NCBI GenBank assembly: GCA_964057225.1
Contig: OZ059897.1
Coordinates: 17,050,001 to 17,114,000, forward strand
Length of the DNA: 64,000 nucleotides
Origin: Auanema rhodensis
Taxonomy: Eukaryota > Animalia > Nematoda
Direction of reading: 5' to 3'
Under the pieces are notes generated by a model. That model was not told where the DNA came from and made no database searches. It saw only the letters and a program-made list of their open reading frames with translations. How positions within the stretch are numbered: position 1 is the stretch's first letter; each line of letters begins with the position of its first letter. This document shows positions 1 through 12,500 of this stretch, piece after piece. Position numbers and translations under genes: made by a program.

Positions 1-29
<29 letters not shown>
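1..29. repeat. (TA)n microsatellite
   Basis: Direct TA dinucleotide run at the window start. Confidence 0.9.
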
Positions 30-31
<2 letters not shown>

Positions 32-59
32 TTGTCAGTGAGCACAAAATCAATATCAA

Positions 60-1775
60 TTAGGCGAAGTAAGAGTCCAACACTGGTTCCCCTTGATCAA
101 TCATCCCTTTGTTCATAAGTCCAAACTCATTCCCATTGAAATTATCCATATTTATAGTGGTAGCACCTATGTTTTTATCAAGCAGAGCATTTTTACTTAA
201 ACTTTTCTTAGATGAAAGAGATGGAGAAGTTTTAAGAGGAGTGACTGTTTTAGATTCTACTGTCACGATGCTTTTTGCCTTATAGCACATTGTTATTAAT
301 ACAGCAATAAGAACTAAGATTACTATACTTAGAGAGGTTGTTATGATAAAAGCATTTCTGAAAAAAATAGATTATAAAATATATACAATAACACAAACTT
401 CATCAAAAACGTTGTAAAAGGATTTGTGGTCACATTTCCAGTAACAGCTGAAAAAAACACAAACTATTAGGATTCTATAGCTTATCTCACATTTTCTCAT
501 AGTTGTTTCCGAATTTATATTTGCATTCTCTATCACATTATGAATCTCAATAGGAATACTGTTGTTAACAATAGTTGGTGTTGAAGTTTTAATTGTTATA
601 AATGGTGCTACTGATCCGGGTATTGTAGAATTAAGTGTCAAAAGTTCTCCTGATTCGTACACATTCAATGTAGCTTCAGAAGTTGCGATCGTAGTGAAAT
701 ATGTAGGATTGTTACTCCTCTTTTTCATAGTTTGAGTTGTGATAGTTGTTGTAGTTACGGGAGCTTTGATGGCTATCTTACGATTCGGAGTTGTGGTGAT
801 TCTGGTGGTTCTGATAGCTGTTAAAGTTGTGGTAGTGCTTGACCTTCTGGTAGTAGTTGGAGTTGTGGTAGTGGTAGGAGTTGTGGTAGTGGTAGGAGTT
901 GTGATAGTTGTAGGAGTTGTGGTAGTTGTAGGAGTTGTGGTAGTGGTAGGAGTTGTGGTAGTTGTAGGAGTTGTGGTAGTTGTAGGAGTTGTGGTAGTTG
1001 TAGGAGTTGTGGTAGTTGTAGGAGTTGTGGTAGTTGTAGGAGTTGTGGTAGTTGTAGGAGTTGTGGTAGTGGTAGGAGTTGTGGTAGTTGTAGGAGTTGT
1101 GGTAGTGGTAGGAGTTGTGGTAGTTGTAGGAGTTGTGGTAGTTGTAGGAGTTGTGGTAGTTGTAGGAGTTGTGGTAGTTGTAGGAGTTGTGGTAGTTGTA
1201 GGAGTTGTGGTAGTTGTAGGAGTTGTGGTAGTTGTAGGAGTTGTGGTAGTTGTGGTAGTTGTAGGAGTTGTAGGAGTTGGAGTTGGAGTTATGATGGTCC
1301 TCGAAGTAGCAGATGCTACCATGGAAGCTGAAGCATTTTTATTTCTGTAATAGTAGTGGAAACTTTACTTGAATCTGCAGAGATTGATTTTACGATAGTG
1401 GGAGTTCTAGTTGTAGTAGTGCTATAGGTTATTAATGATATAGATGTAGTTGGGATATGAAAGGGTTTTGATTGCTCTACTGTTAAAGTACCTAATGATG
1501 CAGTGTCGCCTAAATCTTATGGTGGTAATGCTCGAAATATTTGAATATTGATATTATAGGCTTGAACTCTAACCTGACGGCGAGTTATTAATATTTGCTA
1601 GACTACTCTGATCATTCAAATGTTCCTTTTCTGCATCATTTTCATCTAGTTGGTTAGCATTTTCTTGAAAAGATTGCCGAACAACTAAAGGTGCTAATAA
1701 CAATAGATGAATTAACGCTAAACTCAAAAGGAATTAGAATATTTCACTGTTGTGAACCTTACAAAACAACAGCAT
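60..1775 (-). CDS. Mucin-like type I membrane protein with Thr/Pro-rich stalk (multi-exon)
   Basis: ATG at 1775 splices to give the signal peptide [21 protein letters not shown] long PTTTT repeat follows (ORF 372-1322), then a hydrophobic TM segment ([23 protein letters not shown]) and a cytoplasmic tail ending SYFA* (ORF 60-290). A 41-nt GT-AG intron near 1329-1369, or a 1-nt indel, is needed to join the frames. Confidence 0.7.
845..1290. repeat. Coding 15-bp tandem repeat (GGAGTTGTGGTAGTK/GTA; encodes PTTTT on the - strand)
   Basis: More than 25 near-perfect 15-nt units are directly visible. Confidence 0.95.
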
Positions 1776-1965
1776 CGACCGCTTCGATTGAGTTTAAAAT
1801 TAAAAATGAAAATCTAATAAACGTAAAATAAATACTTACGCTTATTTTAAGTTCGTGAAGTTAATGTTTTATCTTATTTACATAAACATCATATCTTTAA
1901 ATACATAAATTATTTAATTGAAAAATCTATTGACAAGAAAAATACACAAAAGAATATAAAAATTT

Positions 1966-4900
1966 TCATATCGTGCATGTTTTGAAGTGAGTTTTTACAA
2001 ATTTCATCGTATTTAAAGATTCAATACTCTTTAAACATCCGACAAAAATCATTTTCTGCTTGGCACGGGTTAATGCCACATTAATACGTCTCTCATCTGT
2101 TAGTAGTTCACACTTCTTAAATTGAAAAGATTTAAAAAAAAAACAGAAAATATCAACTTTTCGTGATCCTTCAGTCCACACAATAGACCAAATTATCACT
2201 GGCTTATCTCTGCCTTGGAACTGATCTACCGTATTCACCTGAACAAGTAAACTGATTTCAAAATGAAAATATTTTAACCTCAAGGCCATCATTTTGTACT
2301 AGCTGTTTAATTACATCTACTTGTTTCCGATATACACACATAACACCAATGCAACTTGAAGGTATATTGTTCTAAATAATAAAATTTACATGAAACTGAT
2401 AGAAAGAATATAAAACGAACTTCAATGAGTGATTCAACTATTTGTTTGATAACCATTCCTTCGCCAATATTATAAACATTACCATGAGGTTTACTGACCA
2501 TTTCGTTATTGGCATTTTTCTCAGATTCTGTATCTACAAAGACACATGAATCGTCTATTTCCGAACTAAGAGCAAGACGTAGCCACTCTGACAAAAATAT
2601 AGCATAAAGAAAAAAAGATATTTTTTACCAGTAGGGAAATCTTTCTTTGCAATCTTAATGGTTCCGTTCCTAACTTTTTCACTTCCACAAATCATACGGT
2701 TTTCATAATATAGCGATCCAGCTATGCTTGATATGCGTCTATAACAAGATGGTTCCAATACCCAAAATAATAAAAAACTACTCATTCATTCTATATTGAG
2801 CAACAAGAGAAAACACAGCACTCTTATGCGTTGAAAGTTTTTCAAACAGTGAGATAGACATTCCTTCGGATTTCGCTTTAGAATCATGAACAAGAGGGCA
2901 TAACTGTTTTGCATCCCCAACAAGTATAAACCTCGAAGAAGTAGCTAAGGCAGATAAAACTACTGGCTCTAAAACCTAAGAACAAACATTCATAAAGAAA
3001 CATCGTGAAAAATACCATAGAAGCTTCATCCACTATACATGTATCAAATTTACGCCACGAAAAAAGAATTTCGCGAGAAGTATGATGACATGTGCAGCAA
3101 ACAATTGGCTAAAATAACAAAAATAAATATTTAGAACGATGGGATTAGTTACAGTATCTTTTAGAATTTTACGCATTTCCTTATACGATTCTTCACACTC
3201 CTTGGAGATTAATTTGTTGGAAAGCGATAAACGCTGCACTTCTGGTCTCATTGCTTTCTCATTTCCAAGGCGAAGTATATTCTTTTCAGGTATCACCTAA
3301 AACCAGTAAATATATATATCTATATAAACATCGTTTTGCACCTCCAGAAGTTTTAATACAATGTTGTCAACAGCAGAGTTTGTGTAAGAAGTGATTAATA
3401 CTGATTTCCCTTGAGCCATCAAACATCTAACAAGTACAGCAATTGTTGTAGTTTTTCCTGCACACATGGATAAAACACCATGGAAAATATAGTGAAATTT
3501 ACCAGTTCCAGGAAGCCCTTCAATCAAGGAGTAGTCATTTGTAAATAGAGATGATAGTACCGCGTTTCTTTGCCCTGCAACTATAGCATAACTTAGAACG
3601 GGAAATATATTAACCTTCGTTAAGTTTTGATCTATACAAAATAGATTGTATTGATAATGGAAGTAAAGATAAATCAGCTTCTCCAATCATTGGAGGTTCC
3701 AGGTCGACAATAAGACGTCTATGTCTGGTACTCAAATAAATAACCATTAACTACATATAAAAAATAAAAATAAATGAACATAAATCATTTAAAATGTATA
3801 TAACCAAGAAATACCTTAATTCATCTGGCCTCATTAAATTAGCAATATTGCCTAAAGTTGAAGAGAAAGTGGAGAAGCTATTATAGATGTCTAAACTATA
3901 TTTAGACCCGATTTTCATCACTTTAACAGGTCTTTCACAGCGAAGTGTGATGTGATTTGCTGAATTATTGATATTGAATTCATATTCAAAAATATAGCTC
4001 ACAATCAGAGGAATATACACTACTTAGGAGAATTCCAGAAAGACCATCACCAGAAACTGAGCACATACAGCCTGCTTGAAAAACGTTATCGGGAATACTA
4101 GTATCCCTTGAAAATATAACTGAATTAGTAAATTCGAAGAATTTAGTAAGTACTACCGTGAAAATTTTAAAAGAAAAGATTTTTTGCTAATCATATCAAC
4201 AGATTCATAAGTCATGAAAGCAGCACAGTTTCCTTTGGCTTCTCTGAAAAAAAAACAATCTAAAATCTTTGAAACAAGATTTTGATTATAACCTAGTATC
4301 AGGATCTTCATTCCATATTCGAGACAGTTTTGGTTGAGATTTAATCTCATTATTCCATTCAAGGTTAATTAATGACAGCCATTTTTCAAAATATTCTGAA
4401 TTAGGTTATTAATAAAATAAACATAATCTCAGCATACGTAATTCTTTACTATTTAAATGAGATAGTTGATTTTGAGCAAAATCTTGGAACATTGATGAAG
4501 CTGTACTTTGAGAATTAACCTACAATTCAGACAAGAATTATTCACCAGAAAAAGAGAAAAAGTATTTACCTGCATCATGGAACATGTGAGGGCATGATCA
4601 CATTTGCCACAAAAATGTGGATCCCGTTTGGGCTCTAGAAATATACATGGCAAAATCAGTCAAGTTATATTATGATGTTACCAGGATAAGATTTATCTTT
4701 TTTCGAATAATAATATGATAAGTTATTTCTCTGGTGAAGTATTCCTTTTAATTCAATAGCTTTAGGTTTGAGAACTCTATTAACTCCATCTTTTAAGTAA
4801 AGCAAAGATCCCGGATTTATAGATTGTTTATATCGAATTGAAAGCATGAGGCAATAAAGCAACACCTGAACAAAATATATTTATCGAATACTTCTTAGGT

Positions 4901-6873
4901 ACTTACCTGTGTACCATGCTCCAATGACTGTTTACTTTTTCCAGTTTTCAACTCAAGAGCTTCATAGATATCCTTACCTTTATCACTCGTCTTCAAAAAA
5001 AATATATATATATATCAAGAGCAATTACATGTTCGTACCAAGAGAGTTGAATCGATTTTTCCTTTGACCCCCAGCAACGATTCCCAAATGTTTTCTTCTA
5101 TATCATGTATCTAGAATTATTATTTTACCTTTATGGAAACTGGCCAACTAACATCTTTAATGCTATTGCCCGTAGGCAGATTCATTGGCTTACAAAATAG
5201 TTTCGTCTTATTTGGAATATGAGATTTAACCCACTTAACAATAACCTGTCACAAAATTATTATGAGTGAACTCATAAAGAAACCTTGATACCTCAGCATA
5301 CGGCTTTAGTTCAGTTTCGAAACTGCGTGGTGAAAACGACAAAGCAACAAAAGATTCCATAACATCTTTAGAAATATTTTCTCTCCAAAGGGAAAAAATC
5401 CATTCATTAGTAATTTTAGATGGATCAGGACATTGAACAGCCACCCAAAAAATTGCATATTAAAGTTCATCCAAACTGCTGTAAAAAATATAATTGAATA
5501 ATACCTGGAACAATTCATGCACGATGCATCCAATTAACATTGCTTTGTTAGGTTCAATGCTCGTTTTGAATCTTTCTCCGATGATATTCTAAACTAAAAG
5601 TTAAGACTACATAATAAAATGCTTGCAACTTTTCGAGCACACCACGAAGAACTAGCTATGGCAGTACAAGGAACTAGTGTACTTGGATCAGTTATAACAA
5701 TTCCATCATCGTCGTTGATAAGCCAATCCTGAAGTAAACAAAATATGTTTGAAAACATATTAGAATACTACCTTTTCAGCCCAACGTTTTCCTCCAATTA
5801 TCCTTATTTTCATATTTTTATCCACTATTGTGTCAAACCACATCCCCTGCGAGATATTTCATGAATGGTTAGCTAAATTAGATCAAAGTTTTACCTGGAG
5901 GTATACGGTACATGGAGCATTCTTCATATCGACACATTGCAAAGTTAAAGTATGGTCATCTTTTTCGATTTCGATTATTCTTAATATATCTCTATTTACA
6001 GGATTATTCAATGAAGGAAATCCTTCAACTCCACTATCTATAAAAATCAAAGACTGAGATGTCTAAAATGGAAAGAAATAACTATACCAACTGCAGCAGG
6101 TACGATTAAGTTAATTGCGCCATCTTTGGAGGTTTCATCGAAGGAATCATACATAGGATCATTTAGTTGTTTAGTATTGTTAATAGTCACTATAAATAGA
6201 GAAAATATGCAAACCGATAGTTATACTTACATTTTACAGGAATATCAAATGAATCATTAGATTCTTCAAAATCTTCACTTTGGTGATCTAAAAAGTAGAA
6301 GTGTTGAATGTAATATCTGAGCATTAAAACCATTAGGTAGTTTCAAGTTTACGTGATTTTTGAAATCATCTACTGGCTCCTTGAATAAGTTTGAAAAACA
6401 TTCTTTTTCATTTTCTTCATCTTAAAAAAACATTAATTTTTCTCAAAAGTTTTCCAGCTAACTAACTTTGTATTGAGAAATTGAAAGAATCATCGAATAA
6501 CTGAGTCTGATTATTTGAGTTTACTAAAGTAATACAAAGAATATTTAATTTAATTTTTTTTCTGATATACCTGTTTTATTTTCAACCAAAATTTTTGGAG
6601 ATCTGAAAATGAGCATTAGGCATTATTCGAATACAGCATCAAACCTTTTCTTTGAAACAGCTTGAGTTTCTAGTTTCGAAGGAGTTGTAGATATATTAGG
6701 TCTTTTAACAAAAATATCTCCATCTGTGTCAAAAGAATCATTTGCTACATTTTCTGATGTTGTATCTATCAATAAAGGCCGTTTTCGCGGATTGTACTCA
6801 AAAATAAGAACTCTGTTTTTATTAAATTTAAAAAACATACCACTACATTTGTTATATTTTCATCTTTCTGCAT
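1966..6873 (-). CDS. dna-2: DNA replication ATP-dependent helicase/nuclease DNA2 (multi-exon)
   Basis: Nuclease motifs: [26 protein letters not shown], Fe-S Cys cluster [13 protein letters not shown]1 helicase motifs: [54 protein letters not shown]. Confidence 0.95.
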
Positions 6874-7497
6874 AATGGTTAGTAAATTAGAAGGTGATAG
6901 TTAAAATATCGGAGCAGTTAACATCTGCTACGGGCTGAGGACGAAAGTCGAATCAGATTTTCACATTTTGAACTTCGCGGTATTTTTATAAATGGGGCGC
7001 ATTAGTGGATTTATTAACTTCGCAATTTAGAATAGAAAAAAAGAGCTTCTGATCAGCTGATTCATTTGTAACTATTCAATTATATGTTTACCAATGAAAA
7101 CATGAAAATGAGTAAACAAAATACTATACAAGATAAAGCATTAATTTACATACAGACTGAATATATATGTTTACGCAATTATTAAATAATTTGGTTGAAA
7201 TGAATAATAACTTTATTATCTTGTTTATGCAGTTTCAAGAGAAATATCATCTATTCCAAATGTTTCAGAATGAGTAGAACGTGTCATTATCGGCCATTAC
7301 CTGTTTCCTAGGCAAAATCAAAAGAATTTGCTCAGAAAACACGTTTTCGACTATGACAAGATATGGAGCTTTTAGAAAAATGAATTGATTTCAAAAGTCG
7401 TTTTCATGGATAACATCGAAATCCCGCAGTTCTTAAAACTGGATATCAGCGTGCTATCTTCATAAAGGGAAATTTGCTTGCTTGTCAGTGCAATATC

Positions 7498-8937
7498 ATG
7501 ATGCTATTGCGTCTTCTTCTATTCATTTTTTCCGTTGTTCAAGCTATAGGTATTCATTAAAATGAAAACTTGTAACTTTACTTTTGTTTCTTAGATTATA
7601 TTAAATTAGCATGCGATCAATATCCAAACTTACCCAATTGTGATAAAACAATCCGTCGAGCTGTTCCGAAGGACCCATTTAATCATAAAGCATTCCCAAC
7701 CGAATCACCTATTCAATATGTAATATTTTAATTTTTTTCTCTTCTATTTCATATCAACTAATTAATATCTTATAGAAAAATGATTTTGAAGAACAGCCTG
7801 ACTATCTAGAAGAAGATGTTTCTCTAGAATTAGAGACTACTACAAGGTTTCAATATTTTTACAAGTTATTTAAGATTTAATACTCGAGAATACTATAGAC
7901 GGTATCGCTCCACTACACCCGTTCCCCGTCCTCGTCAAAACATGCTTTACACCATCTTCCCCACATTACAAAAGGAAAAAGATTATAGAAAATACTGTCC
8001 TGTTAACGAGTATACTTTCCGAGTTACTTGTCTTCCTGGTAAAAAGCTCCGTTATGACTTACAGGTATCTTATTTTTCTTAAAGCTTTTTAAAAAACATT
8101 TTTTAGATCTTTTGTCAAGAGTTTGCTGATACTTGTGGAGTTCCCAATATTAACCTTTTCCCTAGTAAAAGTGGACGAGGTGACGATGGACGTCCAAAAG
8201 GTTATGGTCAAAAACAAAAAAACGGCAACTTGGGATTAGGTACTAGCTTTGGCTTTGGTCTCGGAGCTTTACCAGGTGGGTTATTTTCTTAAAAACAAAC
8301 ATGGCATAAAATGTTGTTTTATTCAGGGTTTGAGGTGGTTAGCAGTCAGGGAACTGATATTGGTAATGGCAATTTACCATTCTTCAATCAGGTATGAAGA
8401 AAATTAAATATATGAAAGATATATATAACAAAAACATTTAAATAAATGTTTCAGATAGGTGGAATGATGATTAACAGTGGCTCACAATTAGGAGTTCTTG
8501 GACATAAACATGGCAATGGAGTGGCTAGAAGCATGAATGCTTTAACACATGGATATCCATCCTTCGGATTGGCTGGACAACCCACTGATGCTGATAAAAA
8601 ACTAAGCCAAGAAGTTTTGAAATCATTCGGTGTTCCCAACGTTCCTGGCCTAGACAAAGGTTAGACGTCTTTTCAAAGCCTTGGTTACAATAACGAATGA
8701 TTTAGTTTTCAAAAAACTACGTGGAAATCGGCCAAATCACTCGATTAAAGGGTATGAACCAGGATATGGAGCTGTCAATCCAAATGCCCCACTTGCACTC
8801 GGAAAAGTAATAGGATCTTTAGATCGATTGAAATTCAAATTACAATTTAGACTGATGTTGATAACATTAATCTGCCTGGTGGTGTGGGAGATGTCGAAGT
8901 CGTGAAGGGTGTAGGTTTTGGAGTCGGAAAGAAGTAG
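7498..8937 (+). CDS. Secreted nematode-specific Cys/Gly-rich protein (multi-exon)
   Basis: Signal peptide MMLLRLLLFIFSVVQA, a Cys module (YC..EYTFRVTC..FCQEFADTC), Gly-rich segments and the C-terminus GVGDVEVVKGVGFGVGKK*. All junctions are GT-AG. Confidence 0.75.
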
Positions 8938-9572
8938 TACAGTTTTGAAATGTCGGAACACGACGCTTGTATCTCATCAGTTAGTGCAATAGAATTGATA
9001 ATTAAGAATAAGCTGTATAGTATACATATCTATGTTATTCTAAATTTGTTTATTAATTAATAATCGTGTAATTATATTTTCTGTGCAATAAAGTAGATTG
9101 TATATATATATATATAAGTAATATAATTATATTTTATATTTATTCCAAATACATAATATACCAAACATGATGATTAGAAATGGCTCTGAGCTACCGAAAG
9201 CCAATGAAAGAGATCGTGGCAGAGTGCATAAATGAAGTAAATTAAATTAAGAAAATGAAAAAAATAAGTTCGCAAAATTGATATGAATATTGAGGAAAAT
9301 ATGTAAAAAGGAGTGATCATCAACGAAAATATATGACAAAAATAGTGAAATTTCTATCCGAAACGAAAAAAAAATACAACAAAGTGCACTGGTCCACAAA
9401 TACACGTACTATAGAACATTATCTGTTATATACTATATTATATAACTAATTATGAGAATATTTGTGACGTTGCTAAACATTCGGATTTTAGAAATTATGA
9501 TAAATGAAAAATATAGTTCAAACATTAATTTGAGTAACCTTAAAATATAAGTTTCTATAATATTTCAACAAA

Positions 9573-12500
9573 CTATTGGGTTGAGAGAGTTCGTCCTAAA
9601 GCAATGTTATGTTTTAATGCAGGTTTCTGACAGGCTTCTTCCGGCGACATGGGGGCAACCTAGAAAAAAAAATATTTGAAAAAAAAATGAAATTGGTTTA
9701 CCTTCGAATGCCAGATGTCTTGGTTAATTCTGTTGATTAATTTTTGAGTTCTGTAGAAACTCTCTTTCCGTTCAACTGAACGTTGAGAAGAACGCTCTGA
9801 TGATGTATCTGTTGATCCTGGTGTTGTAACTAAATTTGAAAACTGATAAATAGATGGTGATTAGTTATTAAAAACCGTTTCTAGCTTTTGTTACTGCCAT
9901 TAGAATAACAGGGAGAATAACAAGGCCATGCCACATTCCTAGGCAACATACAACAAATATTGTCTTCATAAAGACAAGGGCTAAATAGGACTGTTTGAAC
10001 AACAAAGGAGCAACAGCAGCAATCGTTGATAATCCAACCTGAAAGTAGTTAAGTATCTGTATTGAATATATAATTAAGCATACCTGCACCAACGGCCATC
10101 CTATAGTGGATAAAGTATCATTAACACGATCAATAGGATCCTGGAAAAACATTGTATTCACACATTCATAAGAACAAAATTGCTACCGGCTGCTTTGATT
10201 TGTAGAAATGGTAAGCAATATGACTGGAAAAATCAACAGAAAATCCAATAGCCATAAGAAGGGCAGCCATAGACAATGGATCCAAGTCAATATCTACAAT
10301 ATTATATTTAATGTCTATATAATATTTTAGGAAACTTACTCCACAGACTTAATAAACCCAAAATTCCAACAGTAATAGAAAATACAGAGAAACATGCTGA
10401 TAAAATGCATACAATATTGGGAATGAACATAAAACAAGCAATAGCTGTACAAAGCAGAGCAGCTCCAACAGATCCCCAGATAGTAGAATCAATAGCTAAT
10501 GTCTGAAAATGGAAGGACTGTGATAAACAATTTTTGATAAAGGAAAAAGTAAGGATTTGATTTCTTTCTCAAAAATGACTTTATTATTTTATTTTAAGAT
10601 TCTAATATCTTCTTTTCATTTTAAAGTTTAATATTTACAAACCTGATCAACAAATGGAGAATGATCGGAGTAAGCATAAACTTGAAAATCAGAATATTTT
10701 GCTGCGATACGACGCCAATCAGTAACAGCTGGGATTAGTTCATGATATTTGATATGCTAAATAAAAGAAATATTAAGATAATATAAATAAAATAAAACTC
10801 ACATCATGAAAGTTGGTCATGAAGAAAAATGATGTAATGCATGCAGGATCATTATCCAAACAAGCACTTTCATTATATTTAACAAAAGAAGTTAAATAAA
10901 AGTATGTGGCTGATTTAAAGAATGTTGGAATTTCAGAATATGTAAAATCATCAGTTTCTCCATAAAACTAAAAAATTAACAATTGAATAATATAATGTAT
11001 AGAAGTATTTTATATTTACTCTTAAAAAATCTTCATAAGGTTGAAGCCAGAAGAATGTAGATTCTGGTCCATAACTGTAGGTAGCATTTTCAAAGTCTTT
11101 CACAATCTTTTTAATTGCTAAAATTAATTATATTTTAATTTATAAGTTAATGTATAATTTACTATCGAGTCTTTCCGGCTGTCGTAAGTCTCCAGGATTC
11201 AATATGAACACACTGATTGGTTGCATACTTTTCAACGATTTCTCGAAGTGTGCTTGAAAATCTTGAAGATAAGAATCAGGAAGAGCCATTTTTTCAATGG
11301 AAATTAAAGTATTCAGTTGCATAATTCCAGTGACGCTCACATAATAATATGCTACCATGATTCCAAATAAGGCAAGTCTGAAGTAATGAGCCGGTGTTAC
11401 AATACTATTTGATCCAATTACCTTGTGGTCCACTGAGATAGAAGCCATGACCAGAAACGAATAAACCGTACTTGTTTGTCAACGATCCATTCAACTAAAG
11501 GTGATCGCGATTGGGGATCAGCTTTAAGACAACATAACAAGCTCTGCTTTCCAGCCTTCTCGCGATAGCCACTCCATGACACAACAGCGCTAAAATATGT
11601 AATTAATATCCGTATTATTAAGAGAATTTGGTAAGGACTACCTGAACATAATCAGTTGATAGAAATAGCAAATCACAATAGCAACAGCTGAATACAAAGA
11701 GAATGCACGGACTGCTGGAGTCTGAGAAGTCATACCAATGAAGAAACTCATAGCATTTGTGATTGCACTAAGATATTATATACAATTAAAATAAAAAACC
11801 AAAACAATAAAATTACCTAATGGTAATACTTGGGCCAGCTTCTTCCATTGTAACACTCATGCGATTAGGAATTGTCTCCGAAACGGATGTACGATCCCAA
11901 GCACGTAGAATGATGAATACATCGTCAACTCCCATAGAGAGAACTAAAAACAAAGCAGCAACAATGATAGACTGAAATACATAAAGTTAGCAAAAATTCA
12001 ATATTCATAACGTTTACTTGAAATTGTAATCCAAAGAATGATAAAATCCCGGTTGCTGATAAAAGAGCCAATAAAGGAATAAGACATCCGATGAACGATT
12101 CCCATGGTTTAGCTCTTGAGGGATCTCGCCTGAAAAAAAGAAATTCATCATTTCAAAATGAATTTCATTCAGTTTCAGAAACATTCGTCCACAATTTTCC
12201 TATTTCATTATATTTGGTTGTTTTGGATCTCCTTCCACTTTCTTAACAATCGGTGATACGATATCATTTCCGGTTCAGGGAAAGGTGATGTTGATGTTAG
12301 TTAAGTATAGAAATACAGCAGAGAACGAGAGAAAAAGAGATACGAAATATGGCTAATAGTCGGCAGAATCGAATATTTCAGCCGGTTCAAAAAAGTTTTC
12401 AATGGTTATTCGAGCGTCGCTTATGGTTTCAATGACTTTTCTAAGAAGGTCACAGTTAACACGAGAACAGAAGCACTGGCTGCGATGTGTGACGTCATCA

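Noticed and set aside
739-1350. 203-aa Val/Gly-rich ORF on the + strand
   Set aside because: It is the antisense shadow of the PTTTT repeat; the - strand gene has a signal peptide and TM.
1329-1369. Apparent frameshift in the mucin gene
   Set aside because: A 41-nt GT-AG intron (GTAAAG..CTTCAG) restores the frame. A 1-nt assembly indel is also possible, so there is no case for recoding.
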